64,000 nt of DNA, from the NCBI GenBank assembly GCA_963758525.1, contig CAVWVQ010000001.1, positions 128,001 to 192,000 on the forward strand, read 5' to 3'. The position numbers and the translations under genes are program-made. The notes beneath the pieces were generated by a model, which was not told where the DNA came from, did not search any database, and saw nothing but the letters and a program-made list of their open reading frames with translations. This stretch comes from an uncultured Phycisphaerales bacterium. GTDB taxonomy: Bacteria; Planctomycetota; Phycisphaerae; Tepidisphaerales; Tepidisphaeraceae. The first letter of the stretch is position 1. Each line of letters begins with the position of its first letter. Shown piece after piece: positions 42,193 to 52,878 of the stretch.

Positions 42193-42801
42193 TCAATCCT
42201 TTTGCTTGTTCGCACCCAGCTCCTTGGCGATCTCGCTTTCCAGTTCGTCGAGTTTGCCAAGCTCCTGCTTTTCGGCCGCCAGTACGTCCGCCTGGATCAT
42301 CCGGTCGATCTCGTCGTCGCTGACCAATTCCTCCTTGGTCGAGCCGGCAGATCCGGCGATGGCGGTCTGCTCCATCGAGTCGAGAAAGAGGTCCATGCGC
42401 TCTTCCATGCTCCCGGCCTGGGAGACGGCGCGTTCCCACTGCGCCTGTGTCTGCGTAAGGTCCATCTCGCCAAAAACGCGACCGATCTCGCGGGCCATGA
42501 GGTTCATCGACTCGGCGAACTGCTGACTCGCCTGCGCCTGTTGTTGAATCAGCATCGCGTTCCTGATGGCGAGCAACTGCCGTTCGAGCATTTTCTTAAC
42601 GACGGCGGTCTTCTTCAGCGCCCCGCGGATAAACTGATACTGATTCTCATCGCCGATCTTCTTGGCATGCTGCGCGTTCTTGATGAAGTCGTCGGCGAAC
42701 TTCTCCTGCTGGCGGATCGATTTCTCAATGGAGCGCATGCCCGAGCGAATCCGCATCTCCCGTTCCACCCGGCGTTCGTCTTTGTTTTTGAAGAGGCCCA
42801 T
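42193..42801 (-). CDS. ESCRT-III / Snf7-superfamily-like protein
   Basis: 202 aa helical protein, MGLF start, basic N-half, acidic C-half, AKKIG hairpin, AGSMEE, EIDRM. Confidence 0.7.
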   Translation of the reverse strand: MGLFKNKDERRVEREMRIRSGMRSIEKSIRQQEKFADDFIKNAQHAKKIGDENQYQFIRGALKKTAVVKKMLERQLLAIRNAMLIQQQAQASQQFAESMNLMAREIGRVFGEMDLTQTQAQWERAVSQAGSMEERMDLFLDSMEQTAIAGSAGSTKEELVSDDEIDRMIQADVLAAEKQELGKLDELESEIAKELGANKQKD

Positions 42802-42865
42802 ATGCGGAGAATGTACCTGATTCCGGCCTCCTTCCGTAGCGGAAATCATGGTAAGCGGGCCATCG

Positions 42866-43008
42866 GGGTGTGGCGCTCGAAAGTGGCGATCGGCTCCGAG
42901 TAGGGCGGGATTCATCCCGCCGATTTGTTGACCGGCTGAGAAAACGGCGGGATGAATCCCGCCCTACGATCGCAAAATCTGCAATCGCCACAAATAAAAG
43001 TTACACCC
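42866..43008 (+). mobile_element. 143-bp MITE copy 1 with internal REP doublet
   Basis: GGGTGT...ACACCC ends; flanks GGCCATCG/AGCCATCG; 1 nt difference from other copies. Confidence 0.85.
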
Positions 43009-43066
43009 AGCCATCGTCTGGTTTTCGAAAACGAAAATGAGAAAGCGATCGGTTCTGCGGCCATTC

Positions 43067-43099
43067 AAAAAAAGACGGTCGCCTGATGGGCGACCGTCT
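43067..43099 (-). terminator. Intrinsic terminator after surface-protein gene
   Basis: AGACGGTCGCC-CATCA-GGCGACCGTCT hairpin followed by T-tract on minus strand. Confidence 0.8.
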
Positions 43100-43128
43100 G
43101 ATGGCGAAATTGCTGGCTGCTTTTAGAA

Positions 43129-45150
43129 TCAGCCGTGGGCTTTGACCGTGATGGTGATCGGCGTGCTGGAGAAGATGTTGTCCAGCTTGTTGGTCTCGGC
43201 GATGGCGTCGCCGGTGTCGACAATCGCGACAACTTTGTAGGTCCCGGGCGTCGTGCCGACGGGATACCTGAAGGCGAGTGGAACGCCGACAAACTTGTTG
43301 GTCTTCAGTTTGAGCTTCACGCGAGCGGTTTTGAGCGTCGTCACCTCGGTGGCGACGGTGCCGTCGGTGGTGAGCAGCAGGGCGACGTTGACGAAGCCGG
43401 TGGCCGTTCCCGTGCCTCTGTTGAAGATGCGGATAGCGGCGCTCGCGGCGGTTCCCGCCCGCACGGCTTTAAACCTGTTGGTGAAAACGCCGGTGAGATT
43501 GACGGTGGCGCTGCCGCTGGACGCTGAGGTGTTGATGAAGTTGATGCCGGCGACAGTCTGCCCGGCGGCGACGCTGACGCTTTGCACCCCCGAGGCGGGT
43601 AGCAGCGTCTGCTGGCCCGGTGCGGTTTCCGCGATGCTGAAGGTGCCGTCGGTCAGCCCGGTGAGGGAATAGGCTCCCGAGCTGTCCGTGGTGGCGCTGG
43701 GTTCGCCGGCCTCGAAGATCTTGTCACCGTTGAGATCCGCGAACACGGTAGCGCCGGCAACGCCGGCGAGTGTTGCGTTTTTCACGGTCCCCTGGACGGT
43801 ATTGGGGAGCGTGACTTGGAACGTTCCCAGTGTTGCGGCGGCTTCCTGATTGCCGCTGACGTCGGAGAGGGGGACTGCGCCGGTCTTGACGGTGTAGGCG
43901 CCATTCGCAGTCGGGCCGGGAATCTGGTAGGTCACCACTTCGCTCGAAGCGGACGTGAGTCCGGTGGAGACGAGCGTCGCGCCCTCGGTCGTACCGCCGG
44001 GGAGCTGAACCAGCAGGTTGTTGTTGCCGACGGTCGCGGCGTTGATCAAGCCGTCATCGCTGTAGGTGACGGTGAACTGATAGGGAGAAGAACTGCTCGC
44101 CTGGATCGAGGGAGCGGAAGTTAGCATTGCAGTCGGACGCGTGGTGTCTGCCGTGACACTGAACGAGCCAAGCGAGCCCGCGGCGACGAAGTTGCCGTTC
44201 ACGTCGCTGACCTGGTTGGTGTTGAGGCTGATCTGGTAGGCGCCCGCCTGCGTCGGGGCGGCAACCTGATAGGTCGCGGTGACGCTCGTGTCATCCGTCA
44301 GTCCGGTCGAAAGCAGCGTGACGCCGGGCGTCGAAGTGTTGGGAGCGGTGACGGTGATGTTGGAAGCCGCGAGCGTGGCGGTGTTGATCGCGACACCGCT
44401 GTTGTAGGTGACGCTGAACTGATATGGCGCGATCTGCGCCATGCACGGTCGGCGTGTTCCCCAGAATCGCAGTCGGCCCGGTCGACGGGATGACGGTCAG
44501 ATCCTGGAACGTCGCGGTCGCGAGAGTCGTCGGGGCGTTTTGCGAGGCGACGGCAAGCCCGACCAGCACGCGGTTGCTGGGAAAGCTGACGGCTGCCGTG
44601 GCAAGGCTTTGAAACGTCACTCCGTTATCAGTCGAGTAGGACGCGTCGACGTTGCCCGCCGTGCGTGTGAGCCGTAGAAGTTCGGAAAAGCTGCCCACTT
44701 GGCCGGGGTTGTTGTTTCCGCCGGTGGTGGCGTTGAACGCGCGGGAATTGACGAAGACCGATCCGTCGTCCCGCGCGCCACAAACACGTTGGCCGCGTCG
44801 GGAAGCAACGACGTGCGGATGTCGAGCCCGGCCAGCGATTCCCCGCTGTTGGCACTGTCGCTGTCGATCTTCACGGTGATCGTTCCGTCGCCGTCCAACG
44901 GCTCGTACACGTAGTGGAAGGCATCCGACCCTCCGATAATATCGTGGCCCGCGCCGGTGACGGTGATGATTCCGGTGTTGCTGTCATAGCTGTCGGACCC
45001 GCCTGCGGGCGTACCGATATCGGCTCCCATCAGCGGCGCCGGGATCGCGGAGAGCAGGAGGCGCGACTCCAGCGCTTCCAGCAGGCACTGGCACGCGACG
45101 AGAAGACGGCCCTGGGCCGAACGCGACGACTGAAACTGCTGACTGTACAC
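43129..45150 (-). CDS. LEPR-XLL planctomycete surface protein (ConA-like, Ig-like, SdrD-B-like, CARDB-like); frameshifts near 44770 and 44440
   Basis: LEALESRLLLS motif; collinear with 45591 paralog across three frames; AAGGAGG RBS before GTG. Confidence 0.75.
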
Positions 45151-45437
45151 TGGAAAATCCTCCTTGCAGGACGCCAATCGATCACCCGGTTTCCCGCGAC
45201 GATGCGCGAAACGTCTGTTCTCGGCAGTTGCTTGATTATTCCAAAACGGCAACGGGCGTTTGGTCATTCAAGCAGACCGTCGTGCGCGGAAGGTCGCAAT
45301 GCATCCGTTCCTCGCCGATTAGAAGAGGCTCCTCGTCAAGCGCCGCCTGCGCCACATTGTTCGATGTTTATCGGCGAAGGCTCGCTCGCGGCTTCATGCC
45401 GAATGCGAGGTCACAAATGTTTAGTGGATCAGCCGGG

Positions 45438-45543
45438 GGTTAGCCGCAACGCGCAGCGGAGCGCGTATTCGAACGATAAACAGCGCAATATTAACCTCTC
45501 GCAATCCCGCAAATACGCGCTCCGCTGCGCGTCGCGGCTAACC
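45438..45543. repeat. REP-like inverted doublet (TTAGCCGCGAC family)
   Basis: GGTTAGCCGCAACGCGCAGCGGAGCGCGTATT...AATACGCGCTCCGCTGCGCGTCGCGGCTAACC. Confidence 0.8.
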
Positions 45544-45590
45544 GGGCACATTCTGGAACGAACCCGATTAACTCGCGCCCGACGGCGTTT

Positions 45591-47636
45591 TCAGGCGGTC
45601 GGAATCGCGACGCTGAAGGTCGCGAGCGTCCCGATGGCGACCTGGTCGCCCAGGAGATTCGCAGCGCGATCGATGGACGTCTTGATCGTATAGGTTCCGT
45701 TCACACTGGGCGCGGGGATTTTGTAGGTCGCGACAATCTTGGAAGCGGCAGTCTTCACGCTGGAAGCAAGAAGCGTCGCTTCGACGGACCCGTCGGGAAA
45801 CACAACGACCCAGTTGTTGTTGCCGATGCGAAGCGGATTTACCAGGCTGCCGGTCGCGGTGTAAGTGACGGTGAATTTATAGGGAGCTTTGGACTTGTGG
45901 GAAACCTTCGGGGCCGACTTGAGACTGGCGACGATGAAGTGCGTGCCGACGCTGCCCTGGGGCGTGATGTCGATGGCCGAGCTGGAAAAGACGTTGTCGA
46001 GTTTGTTCGACTCGGCGACCGCGTTGGCGGAATCGACAACTGCAAGGACCTTGTAGCTTCCAGTCGGGCTGAGGGGATACGTAAAGCTCACGGGCACGAC
46101 GACGGATTGCCCGGCGCCGAGATTGAGCTTGACGGATTTGGTATTGAGCAGAGCGACCGCGCTCGAGGCGGTGCCATCGGGGGTGAGCAATTCGGTGACG
46201 TTCACCGTCTTAGTGATTCTGGTCTTGCCGTTATTGATGATGCGTACCTTCGAATTGCTCAGGGAGCCGGCTTGAATCGAAGTGGGAAAACTGGTGACGA
46301 AAACGCCGGTAAGGTTCGTCGTCGAGCCGGCTGTGTTGGCGGCGGTGTTGACGAAGTTGACGTTGTTGACAGTCTCGTCGCCGGAGAGCGTGACCGTGTC
46401 CGAGCTATTAGGCAGCGTCTGCTGGCCGGCGGGAGGAGTTTCAGTGATGGAGTAGGTGCCGTCCGACAGGCCGCTGAGAGAGAAGGCCCCTGACGCGTCG
46501 GTGACGGCCGAGCGCTCGCCCGTGTCAAGCACTCCATTATGGTTGGAATCAACGAAGACAGTGGCGCCGGCGATGCCGCTTAATTGCGGGGTGCGCACCA
46601 GTCCGTTGACGGTATCCGAGGGAGCGACGCTGAAGGTCCCGAGCGTTCCGCCGGGAATCTGAGTTCCGTTGATATCGGTGACCGGAGTGTTCCCTGTCGT
46701 GATGGTGTAGGTGCCGTTGGTGGTCGGCGGGTTGATCTGGTAGGTCGCCACGATCGTCGACGCGTTCGTCAGGCCGGTGGTAATGAGCGTGGCTGGTTCT
46801 GTCGATCCGTCAGGAAGCTGCACCACCCAGTTGTTGTTGCCGACGGTCGCGGCGTTCACCAGATTGCTGGAGTTGTAGGTGACGGTGAACTGATACGGCG
46901 TGGTCGTGTTGGCGGAGACCGCGGGCGCCGAAGTGAGCGTTGCGGTGGTGCCGGTCGCGGGCACGACGCTGAAATTGGCGAAGGTAGCCGTGGCGAGCGT
47001 GGCGGGCGCGGTTTGGGAGGAGACGGCCATTCCAACCAGCACGGTGTTGGAGGTGAAATTGATCGTTTGCGTGTCGAGCAGTTGATAAGTGTTGCCGCCG
47101 TCAGTGGAATAAAACGCCTTGACGGTGTCTCCGGTGCGGGTGAGCCGCACAAATTCGGGCAGGGTGCCGGGAACCCCGTTGTTGTCATCGTTGCCCAATT
47201 GGTTGTCCACGAGGCGCGAGTCCACGAAGACCGATCCCCCGTCTCGAGCGGCGACCCACATGTTGGCCGAGGTGGTCGACAGCGAGTTGCGAATGGTCAG
47301 ACCGGCCAGGGAATGATCGGTGTTGGCGCTGTCGGAGGTCACCTGAACGGTGACCGTCCCATCGCCGGTGAGAGGCTGGTAAACGGTTTCGAAGCCGTCC
47401 GCGGCACCGAAGATGTCGTAACCAGCCCCGGTAATCGTATACGTATGAGTGGTGCTGTCGTAGGTGGCTGATCCGCCGGTCGGCGTGCCAACTTCGGCGA
47501 CCGCAAGCGGAGAAGGGATCGCCGAGAGGAAGACGCGCGATTCGAGCGCCTCCAGGACGCTGCGGCAACCGAGGGCTAAACGTGAATGAAGAGAACGACG
47601 GCGTTGAGCGGAACTGATCACTGGTGCTTTCTCCAT
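45591..47636 (-). CDS. LEPR-XLL planctomycete surface protein, paralog of 43129
   Basis: LEALESRVFLS; VFVDSNHNGVLDTGE SdrD-B-like; VDSANAVAESNKLDN CARDB-like. Confidence 0.8.
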   Translation of the reverse strand: MEKAPVISSAQRRRSLHSRLALGCRSVLEALESRVFLSAIPSPLAVAEVGTPTGGSATYDSTTHTYTITGAGYDIFGAADGFETVYQPLTGDGTVTVQVTSDSANTDHSLAGLTIRNSLSTTSANMWVAARDGGSVFVDSRLVDNQLGNDDNNGVPGTLPEFVRLTRTGDTVKAFYSTDGGNTYQLLDTQTINFTSNTVLVGMAVSSQTAPATLATATFANFSVVPATGTTATLTSAPAVSANTTTPYQFTVTYNSSNLVNAATVGNNNWVVQLPDGSTEPATLITTGLTNASTIVATYQINPPTTNGTYTITTGNTPVTDINGTQIPGGTLGTFSVAPSDTVNGLVRTPQLSGIAGATVFVDSNHNGVLDTGERSAVTDASGAFSLSGLSDGTYSITETPPAGQQTLPNSSDTVTLSGDETVNNVNFVNTAANTAGSTTNLTGVFVTSFPTSIQAGSLSNSKVRIINNGKTRITKTVNVTELLTPDGTASSAVALLNTKSVKLNLGAGQSVVVPVSFTYPLSPTGSYKVLAVVDSANAVAESNKLDNVFSSSAIDITPQGSVGTHFIVASLKSAPKVSHKSKAPYKFTVTYTATGSLVNPLRIGNNNWVVVFPDGSVEATLLASSVKTAASKIVATYKIPAPSVNGTYTIKTSIDRAANLLGDQVAIGTLATFSVAIPTA

Positions 47637-47823
47637 GGCGGCCGCGCTGCCTGACGGAACCGACGGCCCGCGACATCGCGAGCAAATCGTCAGTTTTCCG
47701 CGTCCAACCGCGTGTGAGCCGCGATTGAGACGCTGCCGCAAGCAGACTGATGGAATACGGGGTCGATCATAGCGTGGATAATGGCGCGCGTCAGGAAATT
47801 ATCGTGAGCGTCACAGCCGGGGG

Positions 47824-47966
47824 GGGTGTGGCGCTCGAAAGTGGCGATCGGCTCCGAGTAGGGCGGGATTCATCCCGCCGATTTGTTGGCCGGCTGAGAA
47901 AACGGCGGGATGAATCCCGCCCTACGATCGCAAAATCTGCAATCGCCACAAATAAAAGTTACACCC
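47824..47966 (+). mobile_element. 143-bp MITE copy 2
   Basis: Identical to copy 3; flanks ACAGCCGG(GGG)/ACAGCCGG. Confidence 0.85.
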
Positions 47967-48067
47967 ACAGCCGGGCCGGCCTAATGCCACTGGGGCGGGC
48001 GGTGTCTTGGACAGTCTGGACAAGCTTCGCCGAGTTGCGCTCTTGATTTGTTGAAACCATCACGTAC

Positions 48068-48084
48068 ACTTTCCACTGTAAAGC
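48068..48084. promoter_or_regulatory. Palindromic operator candidate
   Basis: ACTTTCCACTGTAAAGC; 15/17 match to reverse complement of 49101 site. Confidence 0.6.
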
Positions 48085-48100
48085 TCATCGGGAGACTCGC

Positions 48101-48712
48101 ATGCACTTGGATGACGCGCTGGTGCAGATCGCACAGATACGAAGGCAGTTGGCCCGCAGCGAGGTCTTTCGCGGATATCGGGCCGCGACGACCGCGTTTT
48201 CCGGCGTCGTCGCGCTGACGGCGTCGCTCGTGCAGGGGTGCTGGTTGCCGGACACGCTGGGAGCGTATCTCTCGCTGTGGATCGGCGCGGCGGCGCTGAG
48301 CGTGGCGGTCGTTGGCGCCGAGATGTATGTCAGTTGCCGCCGAGCGCAGTCTGCAATGCGAAACCAGATGACCTTCTCGGCCGTCGAGCAGTTTGTGCCG
48401 TCGCTGGTCGCCGGCGGATTGCTGACCTTTGCGCTAGTGCGGTTCGCCCCTGACACTCTCTGGCTGATGCCGGGATTGTGGGCGGTGTTGTTTGGGTTGG
48501 GAATTTTTGCCTCCCGCCGCCTGCTTCCGCGCGGGGCCGGTGCGGTGGGATTCTGGTATCTGCTGACCGGCTTATGCTCGGTGGTTTGGGCTTCGCAATC
48601 CCGCTACGAGTTTTCCGCCTGGCACATGGCCATCATGTTTGGCATCGGGCAACTGATAGCGGCGGGGATGTTGTACTGGAACCTGGAGCGCGCCAATGGC
48701 TGGAACCGATGA
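48101..48712 (+). CDS. Membrane protein (putative sensor partner of winged-helix regulator)
   Basis: About 6 TM segments; overlaps regulator start. Confidence 0.75.
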   Translation: MHLDDALVQIAQIRRQLARSEVFRGYRAATTAFSGVVALTASLVQGCWLPDTLGAYLSLWIGAAALSVAVVGAEMYVSCRRAQSAMRNQMTFSAVEQFVPSLVAGGLLTFALVRFAPDTLWLMPGLWAVLFGLGIFASRRLLPRGAGAVGFWYLLTGLCSVVWASQSRYEFSAWHMAIMFGIGQLIAAGMLYWNLERANGWNR

Positions 48713-49085
48713 TTCCGTTCGCGAGGCCGGGCGGTACGCGTACGACGGCTTGGAACGCCTGCTTCATGAGCGGGCGCGCTTGAGCATTCTCTCGTCGCTG
48801 GCGGCACACGCTGACGGTCTGCTGTTCAATGATCTCAAGTCCCTCTGCTCCCTCACGGACGGAAATCTCAGCCGGCAGTTGCAGACGCTTCAGGAAGCGG
48901 GATTGGTGGAGGTCTGGAAAGGGTTCAAGCGAAACCGCCCGCAGACGCTGTGCCGAATCAGCGAAGAAGGGCGTCGGCGATTCCTGGAATATGTGAATGT
49001 GCTGGAAAACGTGATTGCCGATGCGGTGCGGTCAAAATCGCACGCCGACCGAAGCGTCGCGCCGCGCAGGGTCGCGCCGGCATAA
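48696..49085 (+). CDS. Winged helix transcriptional regulator (HTH_34-like)
   Basis: LHERARLSILS, F.DLK....LTDGNLSR.L..L.EAG.V..K..RP.T. Confidence 0.88.
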   Translation: MAGTDDSVREAGRYAYDGLERLLHERARLSILSSLAAHADGLLFNDLKSLCSLTDGNLSRQLQTLQEAGLVEVWKGFKRNRPQTLCRISEEGRRRFLEYVNVLENVIADAVRSKSHADRSVAPRRVAPA

Positions 49086-49100
49086 TTTTTTTGCCGGGTC

Positions 49101-49117
49101 GCTTTACAGTACAAAGT
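49101..49117. promoter_or_regulatory. Palindromic operator candidate
   Basis: GCTTTACAGTACAAAGT upstream of DUF4153 gene. Confidence 0.6.
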
Positions 49118-49237
49118 ATTCTCAAGTAGGAAGTTTGGTGTCTCGGCCTCTTCCTGGATCGTACGCTCATGGGCAATTTGCTGACGACCATCGCGACCCT
49201 GCTGGATAATTCTAATCACTCGTCGAAGGGAAATCTG

Positions 49238-50847
49238 ATGTCAGAAACAGTTGGGATCAGTCCCATTACTGTGTGGCGGCGGAGTTGGGTTCTGCTGGCG
49301 ATCGCGACGCTGTCGTCCGCCATCGCGGCCGATCTCTTCTTCTACGGGCATCCGCTCGGCTGGACCGTCGGCGCCTACCTTCTGCTGCTGACCGTCCTGC
49401 TGTTGCTTCGGCTGTGGCAAGCGCGTCAGCCGCGTTCCGCGGCACTGCTGCTGCTGGCGGTCTGCGGTTTGGGATTCGGGCTGGTTGAAGCGCCGACGCG
49501 ATTCAATATCGCCTGCGCGATTGCGGCGATCGGAACATTCGCGCTTGCGCTGCGGATTCCGACCCGTTTTGGTGCGCCTTCCTGGCTCGCGCGGTGGGGC
49601 GTCCTGCTGATAGCGCCGCTCACCCGTCCGCTCCACGACGCCGGGCGGGTGGCACGTTGGATTGCCCGTCATCCGCGTTCCGCGGCGAAGCCGCTGCGCA
49701 CCGCCGGCCTTTGGATGGCGCCGGTCATTCTTGGCTCACTCTTTGCCGGAATTTTCGCGATCGCCAATCCGATTGTGGAACATTGGCTGACAGCGACTTT
49801 CGACTGGCTCAATAAACTGCTGGCACAGCTCGACGTGCTGGTTCAGCCGGATCGGGTCGGACTGTGGGTGCTGGCATCGGCCGTCACATATGCGCTGTTG
49901 CGTGTCTCGCGGAAGCGACGGCGCCGATCCGATGCGGCCTCAGTCGCGCGCGTAATTCTGCCGGTCTCCGGACCGATGGCGTTTATTCCGGAGACCGCCA
50001 TCGTCACGCGCTGCCTGTTGGTCTTCAATCTGGTTTTCGCGGTGGAGACGGCGCTCGACATGATCTATCTCTGGGGCGGCCGCGCGTTGCCGGCCGGGCT
50101 GAACTACAAAGAGTATGCGCATCGCGGCGCATATCCGTTGATCGCAACCGCGCTGCTTGCCGGAGTGTTCGTTCTCGTCACCTTTCGAAACGACGCGGAC
50201 ACAAAAGACAGCCGCGCCGCTCGCTGGCTGGTCTACGGGTGGATTGCGCAGAACGTTCTGCTCACGCTGTCGGCGGCCTGGCGTCTGTGGCTCTACGTGG
50301 ATGTCTCGTTGCTGACGCACTGCGCCTTGCCACGTCCATTTGGCTTCTGCTCGTCGCCGCCGGGCTGGTGAGTCTCATCTGGCGCATCGTCCGCCGTCGC
50401 GATAACGACTGGCTCATTCGCATCAATTGCGCGATGGCGGCGTCAGTGCTTTATGTCTGCTGCTTTATGAATTACGACGGATTTATCGCGTCGTGGAACG
50501 CCGACCATTGCGATTTCTTGCGGCACGGAGCCACCGCCGCGGGCCTCTCCTACTTCGCAACGCTGGGCGAGGAATCGCTCCCCGCGCTCCGCCGGCTGAA
50601 ACCGACGCTCGACACGCCCGAAGCGACCGCCGCCGCCAACGGCATGATCGAAGGCTTCAGCGATCAGCTTGCCGACGAGCTCGACGATTGGCGCGGCTGG
50701 ACCTGGCGGCGGGCGCGCCTGCAGGCGCAGTTTCCCGCTCCCAACGCCTTGACACGCGCATCCTATCGCGCCAGCCGCTCACTGCCCGGCCGCGGCGCCG
50801 ACGGCTGGAACAACACCGATCGAAGCGTGTGGTCCTATGGACGATGA
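49238..50847 (+). CDS. DUF4153/DUF4173 multi-TM protein (frameshift near 50320)
   Basis: FAIANP, Y.EYAHRGAYPL, RL.LYV; continues in 49864..50847 frame. Confidence 0.75.
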
Positions 50848-50913
50848 TCCGCGCGCATCTGTCCCGAAGTTCGATGGACACTCCCCGGCTCAAACATTAC
50901 GATTGGCCCATTC

Positions 50914-50987
50914 GTTCCCGTAGCGCAATTGGATAGAGCGTCGGCCTCCGAAGCCGAAGGTTGCAGGTTCGACCCCTGCCGGGAACA
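50914..50987 (+). tRNA. tRNA-Arg (CCG)
   Basis: GTTCCCG/CGGGAAC acceptor, TCGGC-CTCCGAA-GCCGA anticodon arm, GTTCGA T-loop. Confidence 0.95.
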
Positions 50988-51108
50988 GTGGAAAACAAGG
51001 GGTTTTTGAAAGGCGGGCGGCTTGGGGACTACCGGGATGGCCGGCGATCGATGCTCATTTTGAATTAGGTGGCGGCGAAGATTCGCAAAATAGGGACCAG
51101 GGAACAGA

Positions 51109-51520
51109 ATGACCGCCGCACTCTTTATCGGATTCTTGGGGTTGGTGACAGCGGTGGTCGTCGTCGTATCAGCCCGCTTCCTTACCCGTCCGGATCGCTT
51201 TTCGCGTGCTGGCCGTGCTTTCGATCTGGTTCATTTATGCCGGCTTGCTCGGATATTTCGGAGTCGTCAAGAAGACGGCGATGCGCCCCCCGGGATTCAG
51301 CCTTCTTCGTGCCCCTTGCCGTGGTGCTGCACGTGCTTGCCATGCGAGCGATCGGCATCCGGCTGCGCTGCGAAGCTTCGGGTGCGGTTACGGCTGATCG
51401 GGCGGAGCCGCTGGGCTTGGCCCTGAAACGATACATCTCGTGTTGTGCATTTCCGGTAGCCGCGGAGCGGGCTGGATCGCGTACAGACATTCAAAGTCCC
51501 GGATCGGGTTCCACTTTTTG
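51109..51520 (+). pseudogene. Fragmented membrane protein gene
   Basis: Hydrophobic segments spread over several frames. Confidence 0.4.
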
Positions 51521-51591
51521 ATCGCCCGCGACGTTTTCTGCCTATGATCGGATCGACTGCAGAGGCCGTTTTCTTTACTCGGAGATGGACC

Positions 51592-52167
51592 ATGAAAGAA
51601 TCCACGTCGCATCGCGCTTCACCCCGACATTCCGTGCAACCCAAAGAGCCGGAAATCCAGGCGTATAATGCCGTCGGCGAGATGCCGATCGCGCTGGCCG
51701 GATCGGCACGCAAGGAAAGCGTCGACAACCTGAACCAACTGCTCGCCGATCTGATCACGCTTCGCGATCTGTACAAAAAGCATCACTGGCAAGTGTCGGG
51801 GCCGACGTTCTATCAGTTGCACCTGCTGTTTGACAAGCACAACGCCGAGGTGGCGGAGCTGGTTGACGCGACTGCTGAGCGCATCCAGACGCTCGGCGGC
51901 GTCAGCATTGCCATGGCACACGATGTTGCCGAAACGACGTTGATCCCCAGGGCGCCCAAAGGTCGCGAATCGGCTGACTCGCAGATGCGACGCCTGCTGC
52001 ACGCGCACGAAGTGATCCTCGAAGAGTCAAGATCCATGGCCCGCATCGCCGCAAAGTCCGGCGACGACGGCACCAACGACTTGATCGTCAGCAGCGTCAT
52101 TCGGACCAACGAACTGCAGGTCTGGTTCGTCGCAGAACACCTGGCTCCGTCGACTCGGCAGGAATGA
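51592..52167 (+). CDS. dps: Dps family DNA-protection ferritin
   Basis: KKHHWQVSGPTFYQLHLLFD, DATAERIQTLGG. Confidence 0.92.
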   Translation: MKESTSHRASPRHSVQPKEPEIQAYNAVGEMPIALAGSARKESVDNLNQLLADLITLRDLYKKHHWQVSGPTFYQLHLLFDKHNAEVAELVDATAERIQTLGGVSIAMAHDVAETTLIPRAPKGRESADSQMRRLLHAHEVILEESRSMARIAAKSGDDGTNDLIVSSVIRTNELQVWFVAEHLAPSTRQE

Positions 52168-52245
52168 TCGCACTTCCGGGAACCAAGGATTAAGCGACCG
52201 ATATTGCTCATGTCGTAAGTTTGCTGTGCTCCATTTGAATGATTC

Positions 52246-52878
52246 ATGCTTGCCCCCGACCCAAAGTTGACTGAACCGACTCCGCGCGGGTCGGGCACGA
52301 CCGCCGGGCATGCGCCGCAGGACGTAGCACGCGATGGCAACCGCCTCATCGTCCCTCGGGGCGGTGACATTTCCGGATTGTGCCTCTGCTGCGGTCAAGC
52401 GTCCGCCGGGCGGATCACGTGCCATCTGCGCCGCGCCAATGGCGGCGTGTTTCACAAAAGCACGGGCAGCTCGTCGGGAAGCAGCTTGCTGCTGATTTTG
52501 GATTTACTTGAACTCGTCCTGTTTTGCCTGATGTTCGTGACCGATCTCCCGGCCTCGCGAAAGCGAAAGCTGACCTACGGCCTGTGCGCCAAGCACCTCA
52601 GCAAACGCAGGTGGATGCGGACGAGCGCTCCCGTGGTTTTTCTGCTTGGCGTGGTGTTGCTCGGCTATATGTTTACACACACGTCTGCGCCAGCTTATAT
52701 CGGCATTCCCGCGGCAATCGTCGGGATTGGATCGATCGCGGGGGGGCCGATGCTGTATTTCATGTCTCCCCGTCCCTCACTGGCCGGAGAAAATCCGCAG
52801 TATCTGTGGTTGAAGGGAGCCGGCAAGGCTTTGCTGGATCAATATCCCCAGCAGAAGAAGAGCACGCCCAACGTCTAA
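52246..52878 (+). CDS. Hypothetical membrane protein with CxxC and C..H
   Basis: CLCCG, GLCAKH, TM segments, WLKGAG tail. Confidence 0.6.
   Translation: MLAPDPKLTEPTPRGSGTTAGHAPQDVARDGNRLIVPRGGDISGLCLCCGQASAGRITCHLRRANGGVFHKSTGSSSGSSLLLILDLLELVLFCLMFVTDLPASRKRKLTYGLCAKHLSKRRWMRTSAPVVFLLGVVLLGYMFTHTSAPAYIGIPAAIVGIGSIAGGPMLYFMSPRPSLAGENPQYLWLKGAGKALLDQYPQQKKSTPNV

Noticed and set aside
42802..42915. Shared MNPALLGADRHFRAPHP N-termini on ORFs 42193 and 59507
   Set aside because: Translation of the MITE; true starts are downstream
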